From NCBI GenBank assembly GCA_011523185.1, contig WTHI01000092.1, forward strand, positions 3,048-58,337: 55,290 nucleotides of DNA. Reading direction: 5' to 3'. The first letter of the stretch is position 1. The number at the start of each line of letters is the position of its first letter. Below the pieces are notes generated by a model that made no database searches, was not told where the DNA came from, and saw only the letters and a program-made list of their open reading frames with translations. This stretch comes from Methanobacteriota archaeon. GTDB lineage: Archaea > Thermoplasmatota > Poseidoniia > Poseidoniales > Thalassarchaeaceae. The translations under genes and the position numbers were made by a program. Positions 26,995 through 37,818 of this stretch are shown here, piece by piece.

Positions 26995-28143
26995 ATGGTG
27001 CGGTTTTCGGAACGGGCGAACAGCATACGGCCAACTGGAGTTCGCCGTATGTTCGACATGGCTGGTGATGACTCGGTTCAATTTGGTTTAGGAGAACCGG
27101 ACTTCCAGCCGCCTGATTTGGCCATAGACGCTTTCGAAAAAGCCATGCGAGAGGGCCGCAACAAATACACAACCACTGCAGGCCTTCCTGAATTGAGGCA
27201 AAAGATAGCAGAAACATGGCACTATCTTTCTCCAGAACTGGATGAAACTAATGTCTGCATTACAATGAGTGGAACAAATGCATTACTGGATATTTTCCTC
27301 GCGCTAGTCGACCCGGGTGATGAAGTACTAATTCCAGAACCCTACTTTCCATTATACCCTCCAGATGTGGTGATTTGTGGAGGGCAACCTTCGCTTTATC
27401 CGTGCAGATTTGAAAATGGATTTGTGCCGAAGATTGAGGATCTAGAGGAACGAGTAAATGAGAATACTGTGGCGATTTTGTATAATTTCCCAAGCAATCC
27501 AACAGGAGGAAATGTCACACCGGAAGAACGTGATGAATTACTTGCTTTTGCAGAGCGAAACGATCTATGGGTAATTACCGATGAAGTCTATGACCGAATA
27601 GTCTACGATTGTGAACACGTATCATTCCTTGGAGCAGGTTATGACAAAGTCATAATGATTAATTCCTTCTCCAAAACCTTCGCGATGACAGGTTGGAGAA
27701 TTGGATACATTCTCTCTGAAAATTTAGAGGCGATGAGCCACATAACAAAGATGCAGTATTATGTCACTGCTTGTAGTAATGATGCTATGCAATATGCAGT
27801 CTTAGAAGCGATGGAAAAGGCTCCAGACTATCCTGCAAAAATGTGTCAAGAATTCAAGGCCAGAAGAGATCTAATTTGTGAAAGGCTAAACGCAATGGAA
27901 GGAGTTTCATGCCATATTCCAACAGGAGCCTTCTATGTCTTTCCTAAGGTCGATGTACCTGGAATGAACAGTGAAGAGATTGCAATGGCACTTCTCGAAG
28001 GAGGTGTTCTTTGTAGCCCTGGTTCAGCTTTTGGTGAGGCTGGAGAAGGGCACCTTCGATTTGCATACACAATCGGCCGAGAAGACATCTCAAGAGGTAT
28101 GGATCGAGTTGAGAAGGTCCTAGCAGATCTTCGTAACAATTGA
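26995..28143 (+). CDS. PLP-dependent aminotransferase class I/II (aspartate aminotransferase-like)
   Basis: GEPDF, PSNPTG, TDEVYD, SFSKTFAMTGWRIG, GAFYVF. Confidence 0.95.
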   Translation: MVRFSERANSIRPTGVRRMFDMAGDDSVQFGLGEPDFQPPDLAIDAFEKAMREGRNKYTTTAGLPELRQKIAETWHYLSPELDETNVCITMSGTNALLDIFLALVDPGDEVLIPEPYFPLYPPDVVICGGQPSLYPCRFENGFVPKIEDLEERVNENTVAILYNFPSNPTGGNVTPEERDELLAFAERNDLWVITDEVYDRIVYDCEHVSFLGAGYDKVIMINSFSKTFAMTGWRIGYILSENLEAMSHITKMQYYVTACSNDAMQYAVLEAMEKAPDYPAKMCQEFKARRDLICERLNAMEGVSCHIPTGAFYVFPKVDVPGMNSEEIAMALLEGGVLCSPGSAFGEAGEGHLRFAYTIGREDISRGMDRVEKVLADLRNN

Positions 28144-28155
28144 GATGGTGAAACT

Positions 28156-28377
28156 TTGTCTGGAATCAGCATTCTCATTCAATTTGTTATTGGATTCACA
28201 ATTTTTTCCTATGGCTCTGGTAAGATTGATTCTAAGCTGGTCTTTGGTTTAGCAATTATTGCCGTAATTGGGTTATACATTGCCGGACCTCAGCCATTTC
28301 TTTTCGGAATGATTTTGGCTACAGGATGGTCTTTGCTAAACATGGGCGTTGAGAGGATTTTTCCAATCTTAGATTAG
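28156..28377 (+). CDS. Small hydrophobic membrane protein
   Basis: 73-aa ORF with TTG start after SD-like GGTGA; about 3 hydrophobic segments; fills the gap between genes. Confidence 0.55.
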   Translation: MSGISILIQFVIGFTIFSYGSGKIDSKLVFGLAIIAVIGLYIAGPQPFLFGMILATGWSLLNMGVERIFPILD

Positions 28378-29492
28378 TCATCAAATAACCCAAATGGCAA
28401 ATCAATCATACGACTTTCATCTTCATTGGATTCATTTTCGCGCTCATCGCTCTCTGTAAGATTAGTAGTGCGACGCCATGGTGGAAATTCTTCAGAGATT
28501 TCATCTGAACTCTCAGCATCTATCTTCGTTGATTTTTTCTCTTCGAGCAAATTTTGATTCAGGTTCTCAAGTTTCTCTTCTGGGTCGCGCATCCAATCGG
28601 GCATATCATGTGCTCCAGCGAGGACTGAAATGGTGGTAAATACGGCAACAGGAAGAACAGAAATAGCCACTAGGAAATCAATGATTGCTGCATCCGGAAT
28701 TTGGTCTGCTGGCATAATTGATTTCATTAAAACAGCCTCAAGTTGAACATTATGCCAGGCTTGGTAATCCACATCGAGTCTGTCTAGTGATAACTGTAGC
28801 ATTACCCTTGCAATAATCCAGAAAATAATGATAGGAAGAATCCAAGAAAATTTTGATATTCTTGCGAGAATTTTTCTAAACCAAGCGGCTATTCCAATTA
28901 GGTGGCTTGAGTACATAGGTTGTATTCTGAGGCCAAACCAAAGAGCGATAAAATAACCAACCATACCCAATTCAAATGCACGTTCGGGTTCAACAAACCT
29001 TTCAGGTATGCCCTCCATAATTAACAGAGGAATTGCAATTAATGCAACCTGAATTGGTATGGCTAGAATTTGTAATCCTCCATGGATTGAAAACAAATCA
29101 TATGTGTCGGTTCTACTACTAACCAAACGTGCCATTTGCCCATAGGGGCTTCTTTGCAAATTCAGTCTGGCTCTATCAATTAACTCAGGTGTATTGACGT
29201 TCCTTCTTAGGCCTAGAACCGTCAACCAACCTCCCCTGTCTGCAACGCTTGCCGGAGAATATGCACCTGCAATAAGGGCCAAAAGTAATGAAAGTGAACC
29301 GTACATTAATCCAGCAACAATTATCCAATCTAAAGCTGCCAAGTCGATATCAAATGAGAGTTGATCTCCTTCGTTATTTATCGACAATAGGTAGGTCAGT
29401 GAAAATCCAATAATCGGTGCAATTGTGACTTGTCCAAGAACAATGATGGCTAGAACAAAGCGTGGGAATAAGGGGTTTGCACGCCTAGCCAT
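28374..29492 (-). CDS. Hypothetical multi-TM membrane protein with acidic C-tail
   Basis: About 6 hydrophobic segments; likely start MARRANP at 29492. Confidence 0.75.
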   Translation of the reverse strand: MARRANPLFPRFVLAIIVLGQVTIAPIIGFSLTYLLSINNEGDQLSFDIDLAALDWIIVAGLMYGSLSLLLALIAGAYSPASVADRGGWLTVLGLRRNVNTPELIDRARLNLQRSPYGQMARLVSSRTDTYDLFSIHGGLQILAIPIQVALIAIPLLIMEGIPERFVEPERAFELGMVGYFIALWFGLRIQPMYSSHLIGIAAWFRKILARISKFSWILPIIIFWIIARVMLQLSLDRLDVDYQAWHNVQLEAVLMKSIMPADQIPDAAIIDFLVAISVLPVAVFTTISVLAGAHDMPDWMRDPEEKLENLNQNLLEEKKSTKIDAESSDEISEEFPPWRRTTNLTESDERENESNEDESRMIDLPFGLFDD

Positions 29493-29666
29493 ATAGCCGT
29501 CGCACCTTGAGGTCAACATAAGGCCTTCATAGATTGAACAACATTGCATACCCGTTCCTAAACACCTCATAGATTTGCCAAAAACCAGTCTGTTGCCGCC
29601 CGTAGGGCGGCGCACGCTGTGACCGAACCTTCATACCCGAACCGATATCGCAGAACTTTGTTATCC

Positions 29667-32600
29667 ATGCGTAATCTGTCACCTCTAGCCCTTTTTGCCA
29701 TTCTTATGGTGACGAGCCTTTCGCCATTGGCGTTTGGCCCGACACTGGAACATAATCCACCTCGAGAAGTGTCACCTAGAGCTTTGATTGATTTCGAAGT
29801 TTCTGACATCGAATTAGGTAACGGTTCATTGCAGGCACGTGAATGGGTAAACCCAGATGGCAGCATTGTTCAGTATGTGATGAGGGACGAATTGATTCAA
29901 ATTAATGTCACATTTACTCAGGCTGGAACATCCGGTCAACCGGCTAGTGCAATTGGAAAAATGCAAATTTGGCACCCTGTTGGAGTAATGGTAGCAGAAT
30001 GGTCAGTGAACATGACTCTATCCGGAGCCCAATCATTCCGAGCTGAATTTTATTGGACTCCCACTGCTGCTCAGAGTTACCTCGACGATGATGGATATCT
30101 GCTTGGAGGAATCATCCTCAGAGGAATTGTCGATGGTGGTCTAGCAGACGATAATTACGACAATAACCAATTCGATCGCTTGATGCCGGTTGCAATTTGG
30201 AACGATCCTATGGAAAACGGAATTTGTGGTGATGTTGATGGAGATGGCACTATTGATTGTCCAAATCAACTAAGCTACAACAACCCTACATGGGTAGGCG
30301 CTGGGTATGATACAGACGGCTCACTTTCTGATGATCCCGACTATTACGGCCACTGGAGAATGGAAAACGCATCAAGCGCCGTAGGCGAAAAACATTGGAG
30401 GGTATCTAGGCCAGGCGCTGATTATGCCAGCAACAGGATGGACAGACTTTGGTGGGGTTGGTTAACTCCGTTCGACTCCTGTGAAGACCCCGGTCATGGA
30501 CTAGGGAGCGGAACTTACGACCCTACAGTCTCAACAATTTATGCCAACTATTTCTGCCGAGCACGAATTCGTGGGTTCGATTACCTAAACTTGCAATTAG
30601 TAACTAATGCTTGGGGCAGTATGGGTCAAGGAGACACTGTTAGATTAGAGGCGGATGCAGGTAATGAGGAATTCTTCAACTATTCCGCAATGCCATTGTC
30701 ATCGACCTTTGGAAACTGGACCCAACTAGTTTGGAACATGACAGACGTTCACCCAACAGGCGATTACACATTGGCTTTCAGATTCGACTCAGATTCATCA
30801 GTTGCGACCCAAGGAATCCATCTCGATGGTTTCATTCTCTTTGGAATAGAAAGAGTTCCTGAATATACTCTCGACGTCGAATGTGACGATCCTCTTCCCA
30901 ATGCATACATTGTGATTCCTGCAGACCCCACTCCTCCTACATTGGGTTGTACTGTGAAAAACAATGGATACGTAGATATTACACTTCGAGTTTATACCGA
31001 CGTATCCAATCAATCTTGGATGTGGGATTTCCCACTAAGGATTGATTCTAACCATCCAACCGATTTCGACAACAACGTTGTAACAAAGAACATCAAGCCT
31101 TTGGAAACCATGGATTTGTGGGTCAATCTTACAATTCCTGATGGAGCAACGGTACAAGAGGTAGATTGGTATGTTCATATCGGTGACGGGATAACAAATT
31201 TTTCCAAATGGAGCATAAATCTTCCAGTTGACGTAACTGCTTCGTATTCCTCGTATCTTACCCAAAAGACATTGGAAAATCCTGCAATAACTCTACTTCC
31301 CGGAGAAACCGGTGATGTAGTCATGACTCTGAAGAATACAGGAAACCAAAGGGCGATATGGAATCTAGGAGGTACATTTGCCGACAATCGTTGGAGTGCA
31401 TCCAATCTTGTTTGGACGAATGAAACCGGAGTTGAGATAACAAGTATCGAGATGGACTTGAACGAAAAATTGGAATTGAATGCTCGCATTACCTCTCCAG
31501 AAGAGATAACTCCGGGAACATATGCAATAACGCTGATTGCTAGTGGTAGAGCTCCTGCAAATTTCCAAACTGAATGGACAATTCATGTGGAAGTTCCGGT
31601 AGATCATGACCTGAAACTAGTTCCACAAATTAGGGAAATGATGGCGCCTGCTGATGGGGCTTTGCGTTGGATAGAAATTCAACTGGTAAATGATGGTAAT
31701 TCCGAAGAGGCTTTTGATTTGTCAATCGCCGCTGATTGGCGCCTCGGATTGGAGATGAATGCTGAACAAACCCTCGGAATAGACCCATTCGGAGGCGATA
31801 CAAGCGTCCTGTTGATGTTCCCAATGCCGTATGGAATAGAAAACGAAACCTACCAAATTTGGGTTCATGCTACAAGCCAAATTAACCCAGAATACCAAAG
31901 AAGCGTACAACTTTTACTCACCGTTCCTGAAACATACCTCATCGAAGTGCCAGACCTAGATTTGACCAATGAGGTCTACCGTGCAGGTGATGATGCCAGA
32001 ACAATGCGATGGGAGGTTTGGAACAATGGAAACATGCCTGACAAGTTCACGGTTTCCTTCGATAAGAGCCATGAGGATATCACAGTCTTCGCTACTGGGC
32101 TAAACAATGGTAAGACAGATTGGATTCAACCAGGTTCATCAGTCAATCTGACCGTAAGTTATGCCTTTGACCAAGGTGCCGATGGCGATAGAACAGTCAC
32201 CTTGATTGCCGAAAGTCAACAAGCAGGAACAGTAGGGCAAACGGTTTCTGCAGAAGGTGAAGCGGACTTCAAGGTTGGACAAGTGGGTTGGCTTCTTGTC
32301 ACCCCTCCAGCAGGCATAGTGATTGAAGATAAGGGAGAAGTCACCTTAGAATTCGTAGTGATGAATCTAAACCCTTCTTCGGAGCAATTAATGCGAGCGG
32401 ATATCGACAGGACTTCTTACCCTGACTTATTCTTCAACGTCGAGGATGTACGCGTAAACAGTGAAGATCGAGATTTTGTTCTTCCCGCAAACGCAACAAA
32501 GATCGTCACAGTCACTGTTGACCTGAATCAGGAGAATCTTGATAATTTGGCAGAAAATACGATGACCTTCAATGTGGTTTTGACAGTCGACTCGGATATC

Positions 32601-33152
32601 GATAAAGTATCGGCATCAACAACAATACGACTTGTGAAAACAGTCCCAGTTGAAGATGGACCCGATGTAGGATTCATGGCCAAGTTGGCCGCTAACATCG
32701 TATTTGTGATTGCAGGTTTGGTAGCGATGATTGTAGTATCGGTAATGACATACAGAATTGTCAAAGAAGCGAGAGCACCATTAGAGGAGTATTCAAGCAT
32801 CGAGGATTATTCTTCGAGTTTTGTCAATCTTGGAGATGACAGTTCAGTTCCTGCAGCTCCAGATCTTCCGGCAGCAGACGAAGTAGCCAATTCGATGTAC
32901 GGTGGGTCCGCTGAGATATTTGAAAATCCGGCCGCAGAAATGCCACCTCCGCCACTTCCAACAGACGAAGAGCCTACTTCTTCTGAAATGCCTCTTACAG
33001 AAGAATCTGAACCAGAGGTTGAATCGTCTCAAGAAGCGGATTTACCTCCTGGCGTACCACCAATTCCAGAGGAAGGCTTACCTCATGGGTGGACCATGGA
33101 GCAGTGGGCCTATTATGGTGAAAAATGGTTAGAGCAAAACAAGGGCGAATAA
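29667..33152 (+). CDS. Large cell-surface protein with tandem Ig/CARDB-like beta repeats, C-terminal TM and Pro/acidic tail
   Basis: Signal peptide MRNLSPLALFAILMV; repeated (V/L)xNxG(N/Y) units (VKNNGY, LKNTGN, LVNDGN, VWNNGN); TM near the C-terminus; ends GLPHGWTMEQWAYYGEKWLE. Confidence 0.8.
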   Translation: MRNLSPLALFAILMVTSLSPLAFGPTLEHNPPREVSPRALIDFEVSDIELGNGSLQAREWVNPDGSIVQYVMRDELIQINVTFTQAGTSGQPASAIGKMQIWHPVGVMVAEWSVNMTLSGAQSFRAEFYWTPTAAQSYLDDDGYLLGGIILRGIVDGGLADDNYDNNQFDRLMPVAIWNDPMENGICGDVDGDGTIDCPNQLSYNNPTWVGAGYDTDGSLSDDPDYYGHWRMENASSAVGEKHWRVSRPGADYASNRMDRLWWGWLTPFDSCEDPGHGLGSGTYDPTVSTIYANYFCRARIRGFDYLNLQLVTNAWGSMGQGDTVRLEADAGNEEFFNYSAMPLSSTFGNWTQLVWNMTDVHPTGDYTLAFRFDSDSSVATQGIHLDGFILFGIERVPEYTLDVECDDPLPNAYIVIPADPTPPTLGCTVKNNGYVDITLRVYTDVSNQSWMWDFPLRIDSNHPTDFDNNVVTKNIKPLETMDLWVNLTIPDGATVQEVDWYVHIGDGITNFSKWSINLPVDVTASYSSYLTQKTLENPAITLLPGETGDVVMTLKNTGNQRAIWNLGGTFADNRWSASNLVWTNETGVEITSIEMDLNEKLELNARITSPEEITPGTYAITLIASGRAPANFQTEWTIHVEVPVDHDLKLVPQIREMMAPADGALRWIEIQLVNDGNSEEAFDLSIAADWRLGLEMNAEQTLGIDPFGGDTSVLLMFPMPYGIENETYQIWVHATSQINPEYQRSVQLLLTVPETYLIEVPDLDLTNEVYRAGDDARTMRWEVWNNGNMPDKFTVSFDKSHEDITVFATGLNNGKTDWIQPGSSVNLTVSYAFDQGADGDRTVTLIAESQQAGTVGQTVSAEGEADFKVGQVGWLLVTPPAGIVIEDKGEVTLEFVVMNLNPSSEQLMRADIDRTSYPDLFFNVEDVRVNSEDRDFVLPANATKIVTVTVDLNQENLDNLAENTMTFNVVLTVDSDIDKVSASTTIRLVKTVPVEDGPDVGFMAKLAANIVFVIAGLVAMIVVSVMTYRIVKEARAPLEEYSSIEDYSSSFVNLGDDSSVPAAPDLPAADEVANSMYGGSAEIFENPAAEMPPPPLPTDEEPTSSEMPLTEESEPEVESSQEADLPPGVPPIPEEGLPHGWTMEQWAYYGEKWLEQNKGE

Positions 33153-33263
33153 TGTCCGTAAATTGAGTATTGGCTCGCTACCTCCTGCCCGCGCCTACGT
33201 GTGCGAGGCCTTATGACCCCCACTTGGGTCGGCGGATTGCTGGATTCTGGAGCGTGATTTCCG

Positions 33264-34874
33264 ATGTACAACGGTCAACAACCAATTTTCATTCTCAAAG
33301 AAGGAACGACTAGAACAAGTGGTAAGACTGCACAAAGCAACAATATTGCTGCCGCAAAAGCAGTTTCTGACGCGGTTAGGAGTACCCTTGGTCCCAAGGG
33401 TATGGACAAGATGTTAGTCGATTCTATGGGTGATGTTGTAATCACCAATGATGGAGCGACCATACTCAAAGAGATGGATATTGAACATCCCGCTGCAAAG
33501 ATGATAATTGAAATCGCAAAGACTCAGGAACAACACTGCTTCGATGGAACAACTAGTGCGGTTGTAATTGCTGGAGAATTGCTAAAGCGCAGTGAAGATT
33601 TAGTTGAGCAAAACGTTCATCCAACCGTCATTTGTGAAGGATTTAGGCTTGCTTCAGATAAGGCCGCTGACCTTATCGATGCTCACGCAATTGAAGTAAA
33701 CGAAGAAAAATTGCACGAGGTCGCAAAGACCGCATTAACTGGTAAGAGTGCAGGAGCGGTCAAGGAATTCCTCGCCGACATATCCGTAAGGGCAGTATTG
33801 GCAGTTGCGCAAGATTCCGATGATGGATTAGTTGTCGATTTGGACGATATCAAGATCGAGAAAAAGCAAGGTGGCTCAATCAAGGATAGTACGCTGGTTG
33901 ATGGAATTATCCTAGACAAGGAAAGAGTCCACTCAGGCATGCCACGATCCGTAGCCGGTGCTAAGGTTGCGTTGATTAATTCCGCAATTGAGGTAAAGAA
34001 GACTGAGGTAGATGCAAAGATTCAGATTACAGATCCGAATATGCTTGCTCAATTCCTCGATGAAGAGGAAGCCTTCCTGAAAGGGCTAGTTGACACAATC
34101 ATTGCCAGCGGTGCTAATGTTGTAATCTGCCAGAAGGGAATCGATGACCTCGCTCAACACTACATGGCCAAGGCTGGTCTTTTCGCTATCCGTAGAGCAA
34201 AGAAGAGTGATATGGAAGCCCTATCAAAAGCAACTGGTGGAAATATCATCACAAATATCGACGACCTTAGCGAAGGAGATCTTGGCCAAGCAGCCAAGGT
34301 AGAAGAGCGAAAAATTGGAGATTCTGACATGGTTTTCATCACTGGTTGCCCTCAAGCCAAGAGTGTTAGCGTACTACTTCGAGGTGGTACCGAGCATGTT
34401 GTAGATGAGATTAGGCGGGCTTTCGACGACGCGGTAGGCGTTGTTGCAGTAGCTCACGAAGATGGAGCGGTATTGACCGGAGGAGGTTCTGTTCTGGCTG
34501 CGATTAGCCGAGACCTGCGCTCCTACGCAGAAGGAATCGGTGGCAGAGAACAGATGGCAATCGAGGCCTTTGCCGGGGCACTGGAGGTCATCCCGCGAAC
34601 GCTCGCTGAGAATGCTGGATTAGACCCAGTCAACACAATCATTGATCTGCGAAAGGCACATTCCGAAGGCCTCTCTTCACATGGTGTAAACGTCTATGAT
34701 GGAGGAGTTGTCGATATGGCAGATAGCAAGGTCTACGAGCCAAGCCGAGTTGTTGAACAGGCGATTCAAAGTGCATCAGAGACTGCAGTCATGATTCTCA
34801 GAATAGACGATGTAATCTCAAGTAAGGGTGGAGGCGGAGCCGACCCTGCTGACTTTGATGGCTTTGATATGTAG
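33264..34874 (+). CDS. ths: Thermosome (group II chaperonin) subunit
   Basis: [47 protein letters not shown]. Confidence 0.97.
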   Translation: MYNGQQPIFILKEGTTRTSGKTAQSNNIAAAKAVSDAVRSTLGPKGMDKMLVDSMGDVVITNDGATILKEMDIEHPAAKMIIEIAKTQEQHCFDGTTSAVVIAGELLKRSEDLVEQNVHPTVICEGFRLASDKAADLIDAHAIEVNEEKLHEVAKTALTGKSAGAVKEFLADISVRAVLAVAQDSDDGLVVDLDDIKIEKKQGGSIKDSTLVDGIILDKERVHSGMPRSVAGAKVALINSAIEVKKTEVDAKIQITDPNMLAQFLDEEEAFLKGLVDTIIASGANVVICQKGIDDLAQHYMAKAGLFAIRRAKKSDMEALSKATGGNIITNIDDLSEGDLGQAAKVEERKIGDSDMVFITGCPQAKSVSVLLRGGTEHVVDEIRRAFDDAVGVVAVAHEDGAVLTGGGSVLAAISRDLRSYAEGIGGREQMAIEAFAGALEVIPRTLAENAGLDPVNTIIDLRKAHSEGLSSHGVNVYDGGVVDMADSKVYEPSRVVEQAIQSASETAVMILRIDDVISSKGGGGADPADFDGFDM

Positions 34875-34969
34875 GGTCCAATACGACCGTAGGTCGTAAC
34901 CCTAGTTTACATCAAGTTCAAGAATCGCTTTCCGCTGGAGTGACCATAAGTCGGGGCTGAGTTAGGAAG

Positions 34970-36943
34970 ATGGCTATCGTCAGCGTCTATATCGAAGAGG
35001 GTTGTATCACCTGTGATGCCTGTGAAGAGACACTTCCCGAAGTATTCCATGTGACCGACGATACCTGTTACATCAAGGCCGATGTCAGACTTGATGGCGG
35101 CTATGATAGGAATGAAGGTAAAGCGGGTCTAAAACCCGATACCATCTCACAATTTCAGGACGACATTCTTGATGCAGCCGACGGCTGTCCTGTCGATGTA
35201 ATCATCGTAGTTGAAGGCGGAGAAGCAGAGGCAACTGTCGAGGAAGAAGCTCCTGTTGCGGTAGTAGAGGTCGTACCTGAGCCGGCGGTCGAAGAGACTG
35301 TTGAGGTGGCCGGAGATGACCTTGAACAACTTCTGAGTGCTGGTGATCGAAGTCTAGCTATTCTATTCGGTTCTCAGTCAGGAAACTCCGAAGCCCTGGC
35401 TGCTAAGTTTGCAAAGCAGGCATCAGACTATGGTCTTGAGGGTACAGTCTACGACATGGATGGTTTTGACTTCGCTTCTCTTTCCGCTATGAAGCGGGTT
35501 CTGATCATCTGCTCAACTTGGGGTGAAGGGGAGATGCCAGACAATGCCGAAGACCTTTGGCAGACCGCTCAGAAATCGGCCGCTGGGTCTCTCAATGGAG
35601 TTCATTACTCAGTCCTAGCACTAGGAGATACAAGCTACGAATTATTCTGCGAATCTGGAAAGGATTGGGATGAGCAGTTAGAGAAATTAGGGGCAACCCG
35701 TCTTGTAGATCGGGTTGATTGTGATGTTGATTACGAATCAATGGCTGCCGCTTGGGCAGTTGACTCATTGGCAGCCATGGCGGCTGTCGACGGCACCGGT
35801 GTATTCCACGAAGATATGGTGGAAGCAATCAAAGAATACGTTGCAGGTGGAGATGAAGGCGCCGATGGAGAAGATGGATTTACTGTCCCCGATATTTCCG
35901 CAGAGTCGATTCAAGCAGAGATTAGCATCTTCCGATATGACCCAGAGGCCGCAACAACCGGATCTGACACATGGGTCTGTGCGATGCCAGGTCACTTGAG
36001 TCTCTTAGAGGCGCTCAGAACCATCAAGAGCACTCACGATGGCAGCCTTTCATTCCGCGATGGTGCATCCGATGACTCAACCACTGCGATTTGTGTAAAT
36101 GGTCGTTTAGTGCTACCTGGATTAGTTCGGCTAGACGCGGTAGCACCAACTCGTGACGGCACACTTAGACTGCGAATTGACCCGTTACCAGGATTCGAGG
36201 TAATTCGAGATTTGGTAGTCGACCACTGGTCTATGGAGCGTCGAAGAGAATCTACCGCACCGTGGATGATTGCGGCAACCCGAGAAGGGGCTGTAACCAT
36301 GCAAGGAAACATTGGGTTGATGGAGCCTAATGTTGCAACCGCTTTACACTCAATTACTGACTTTGGTAGTTCAGCCTTATTGCAAGCATCTTCCGACGCA
36401 GTCCCACATGCAAATGGTTACCTCGGGCCTGCAGTTTTGGCATCGGTTTGGGCAAGGAGAAATGACCCTAGATCCTCTGCTTCTTCTGTCAGTGAGCTTG
36501 ATGAAATATTGGCTAGCTCGAATGGAATCAAAGCTGAAACAGACCTTGCAAGTATCCGTAGGCAGAATGGTTCTGGATTAGTCGTCTCAGAAGCCTTGTT
36601 AGACGCAAAAACACATGTCTTGGAGCGCGACGCATTCAATGGCCGCCACGGTAAGCATGTTTGGTGGTACACCTGGACTCTCAAGTCAAGTGGAAAGGTC
36701 AATGACACCGTGTTATATCGTCAGGTTTTGGGTCCAATTGGACTATTGGGTAATCTGACATCTGGCGTGACCGCTAGAATGATGACTGGATTTAGCCGTA
36801 CGGGTGGCGACATGATTACTGATATGCTAGCTTTCATCGCTCCACCTGCAGGTATTGGAAAGATGCCACGTCAATTCAATTCCTCTGTGGATAATCACCA
36901 TGAAGTAGTGGCGATATTCAACGAATTAGATGGTAGGTTCTGA
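34970..36943 (+). CDS. Fusion protein: monocluster ferredoxin + flavodoxin + degenerate SdhB/FrdB-like domain
   Basis: CITCDAC...CPVDVI; flavodoxin FGSQSGNSE, STWGEGEMPDNA, ALGDTSYELFC; SdhB-like IFRYDP, SLSFR, IDPLPGFEVIRDLVVD, YLGPAVL without the Fe-S Cys motifs. Confidence 0.82.
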   Translation: MAIVSVYIEEGCITCDACEETLPEVFHVTDDTCYIKADVRLDGGYDRNEGKAGLKPDTISQFQDDILDAADGCPVDVIIVVEGGEAEATVEEEAPVAVVEVVPEPAVEETVEVAGDDLEQLLSAGDRSLAILFGSQSGNSEALAAKFAKQASDYGLEGTVYDMDGFDFASLSAMKRVLIICSTWGEGEMPDNAEDLWQTAQKSAAGSLNGVHYSVLALGDTSYELFCESGKDWDEQLEKLGATRLVDRVDCDVDYESMAAAWAVDSLAAMAAVDGTGVFHEDMVEAIKEYVAGGDEGADGEDGFTVPDISAESIQAEISIFRYDPEAATTGSDTWVCAMPGHLSLLEALRTIKSTHDGSLSFRDGASDDSTTAICVNGRLVLPGLVRLDAVAPTRDGTLRLRIDPLPGFEVIRDLVVDHWSMERRRESTAPWMIAATREGAVTMQGNIGLMEPNVATALHSITDFGSSALLQASSDAVPHANGYLGPAVLASVWARRNDPRSSASSVSELDEILASSNGIKAETDLASIRRQNGSGLVVSEALLDAKTHVLERDAFNGRHGKHVWWYTWTLKSSGKVNDTVLYRQVLGPIGLLGNLTSGVTARMMTGFSRTGGDMITDMLAFIAPPAGIGKMPRQFNSSVDNHHEVVAIFNELDGRF

Positions 36944-36952
36944 GGTGAGAAT

Positions 36953-37813
36953 GTGGCAATAAAATACGCATATCATCCCGGAAACGTATCTCACAGCAGT
37001 TCTCCAGAAGTCGCTGTGACTATGGAGTCTTTCGCCCGAGCAATGGGGATTACTCTAGTCCCTCTGCCAGGTGCAACAAGTTGTGGAGCAGGAATTGTTC
37101 GGCAAGCAAATCGCAGACTGCAACTTACTCTCAATGCTCGAACTTTTGCCATGGCAGAAGCGGAGGGTCTGAACATCCTTACTCCCTGCGCCGCAACCGC
37201 TGGAAATCTACAAGAGGACTTGATGGCATTACAATCTGACCAAATTCTCATGCAAGAAGTCAATGAGACTCTAGAGAATACCTGTGGATTAACTATGACT
37301 GGTGAGGTAGAGATTCACCATATTTTACACGCTTTAGTCGATGAAATCGGTCTTGATAAACTAGAGGAGAAGGTCAAGAATCCAATCGATTTTACCGCTG
37401 CAGGATATTACGGTCCAAATATACAGCAAGAGGGTGCTTGTGGCGGCGACGACGTATACGATCCAAATTATCTTGAGCAGGTAATTTCGACTTTGGGAGG
37501 TACTCCTGTAAGTTGGGAAGCAAGGACCCAAAGTGTGGGTGTACCAGGTCTCTTTGGAGAAGAACCTACGGTAATGAAGCAGGCTGCTGAGGCCCTATCC
37601 GAAGCAAAAGCAGAGGGTGCAGACCTAATTGTAAGCGCATGCAACCTATCCCAAGCAGTACTCGATATTTACCAAGGTAAAGCCGGTAGAAATACAGGAC
37701 TTTCAACAAATATTCCTGTGATTCATCTTTGTGAGATGCTTTCGTTTGCACTTGGATGTCACAACAAGAGATTGGCTCTTTTGAGGACTAGAATCGCAGT
37801 AATCGGCGATTGA
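36953..37813 (+). CDS. HdrB/SdhE-like CCG-domain protein, degenerate
   Basis: KYAYHPG, GATSCGAG, LNARTFAMAE, ILTPCA, YYG, GADLIVSACNLSQ..LD..Q, IPVIHL..L..ALG; SD GAGGTGA upstream. Confidence 0.82.
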   Translation: MAIKYAYHPGNVSHSSSPEVAVTMESFARAMGITLVPLPGATSCGAGIVRQANRRLQLTLNARTFAMAEAEGLNILTPCAATAGNLQEDLMALQSDQILMQEVNETLENTCGLTMTGEVEIHHILHALVDEIGLDKLEEKVKNPIDFTAAGYYGPNIQQEGACGGDDVYDPNYLEQVISTLGGTPVSWEARTQSVGVPGLFGEEPTVMKQAAEALSEAKAEGADLIVSACNLSQAVLDIYQGKAGRNTGLSTNIPVIHLCEMLSFALGCHNKRLALLRTRIAVIGD

Positions 37814-37818
37814 TTTTC

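Noticed and set aside
34970-37813. Methanogen-type heterodisulfide reductase or functional succinate dehydrogenase
   Set aside because: The Fe-S ligands are missing and no sdhA/hdrA is adjacent. It is not called a pseudogene either, because both frames are intact.
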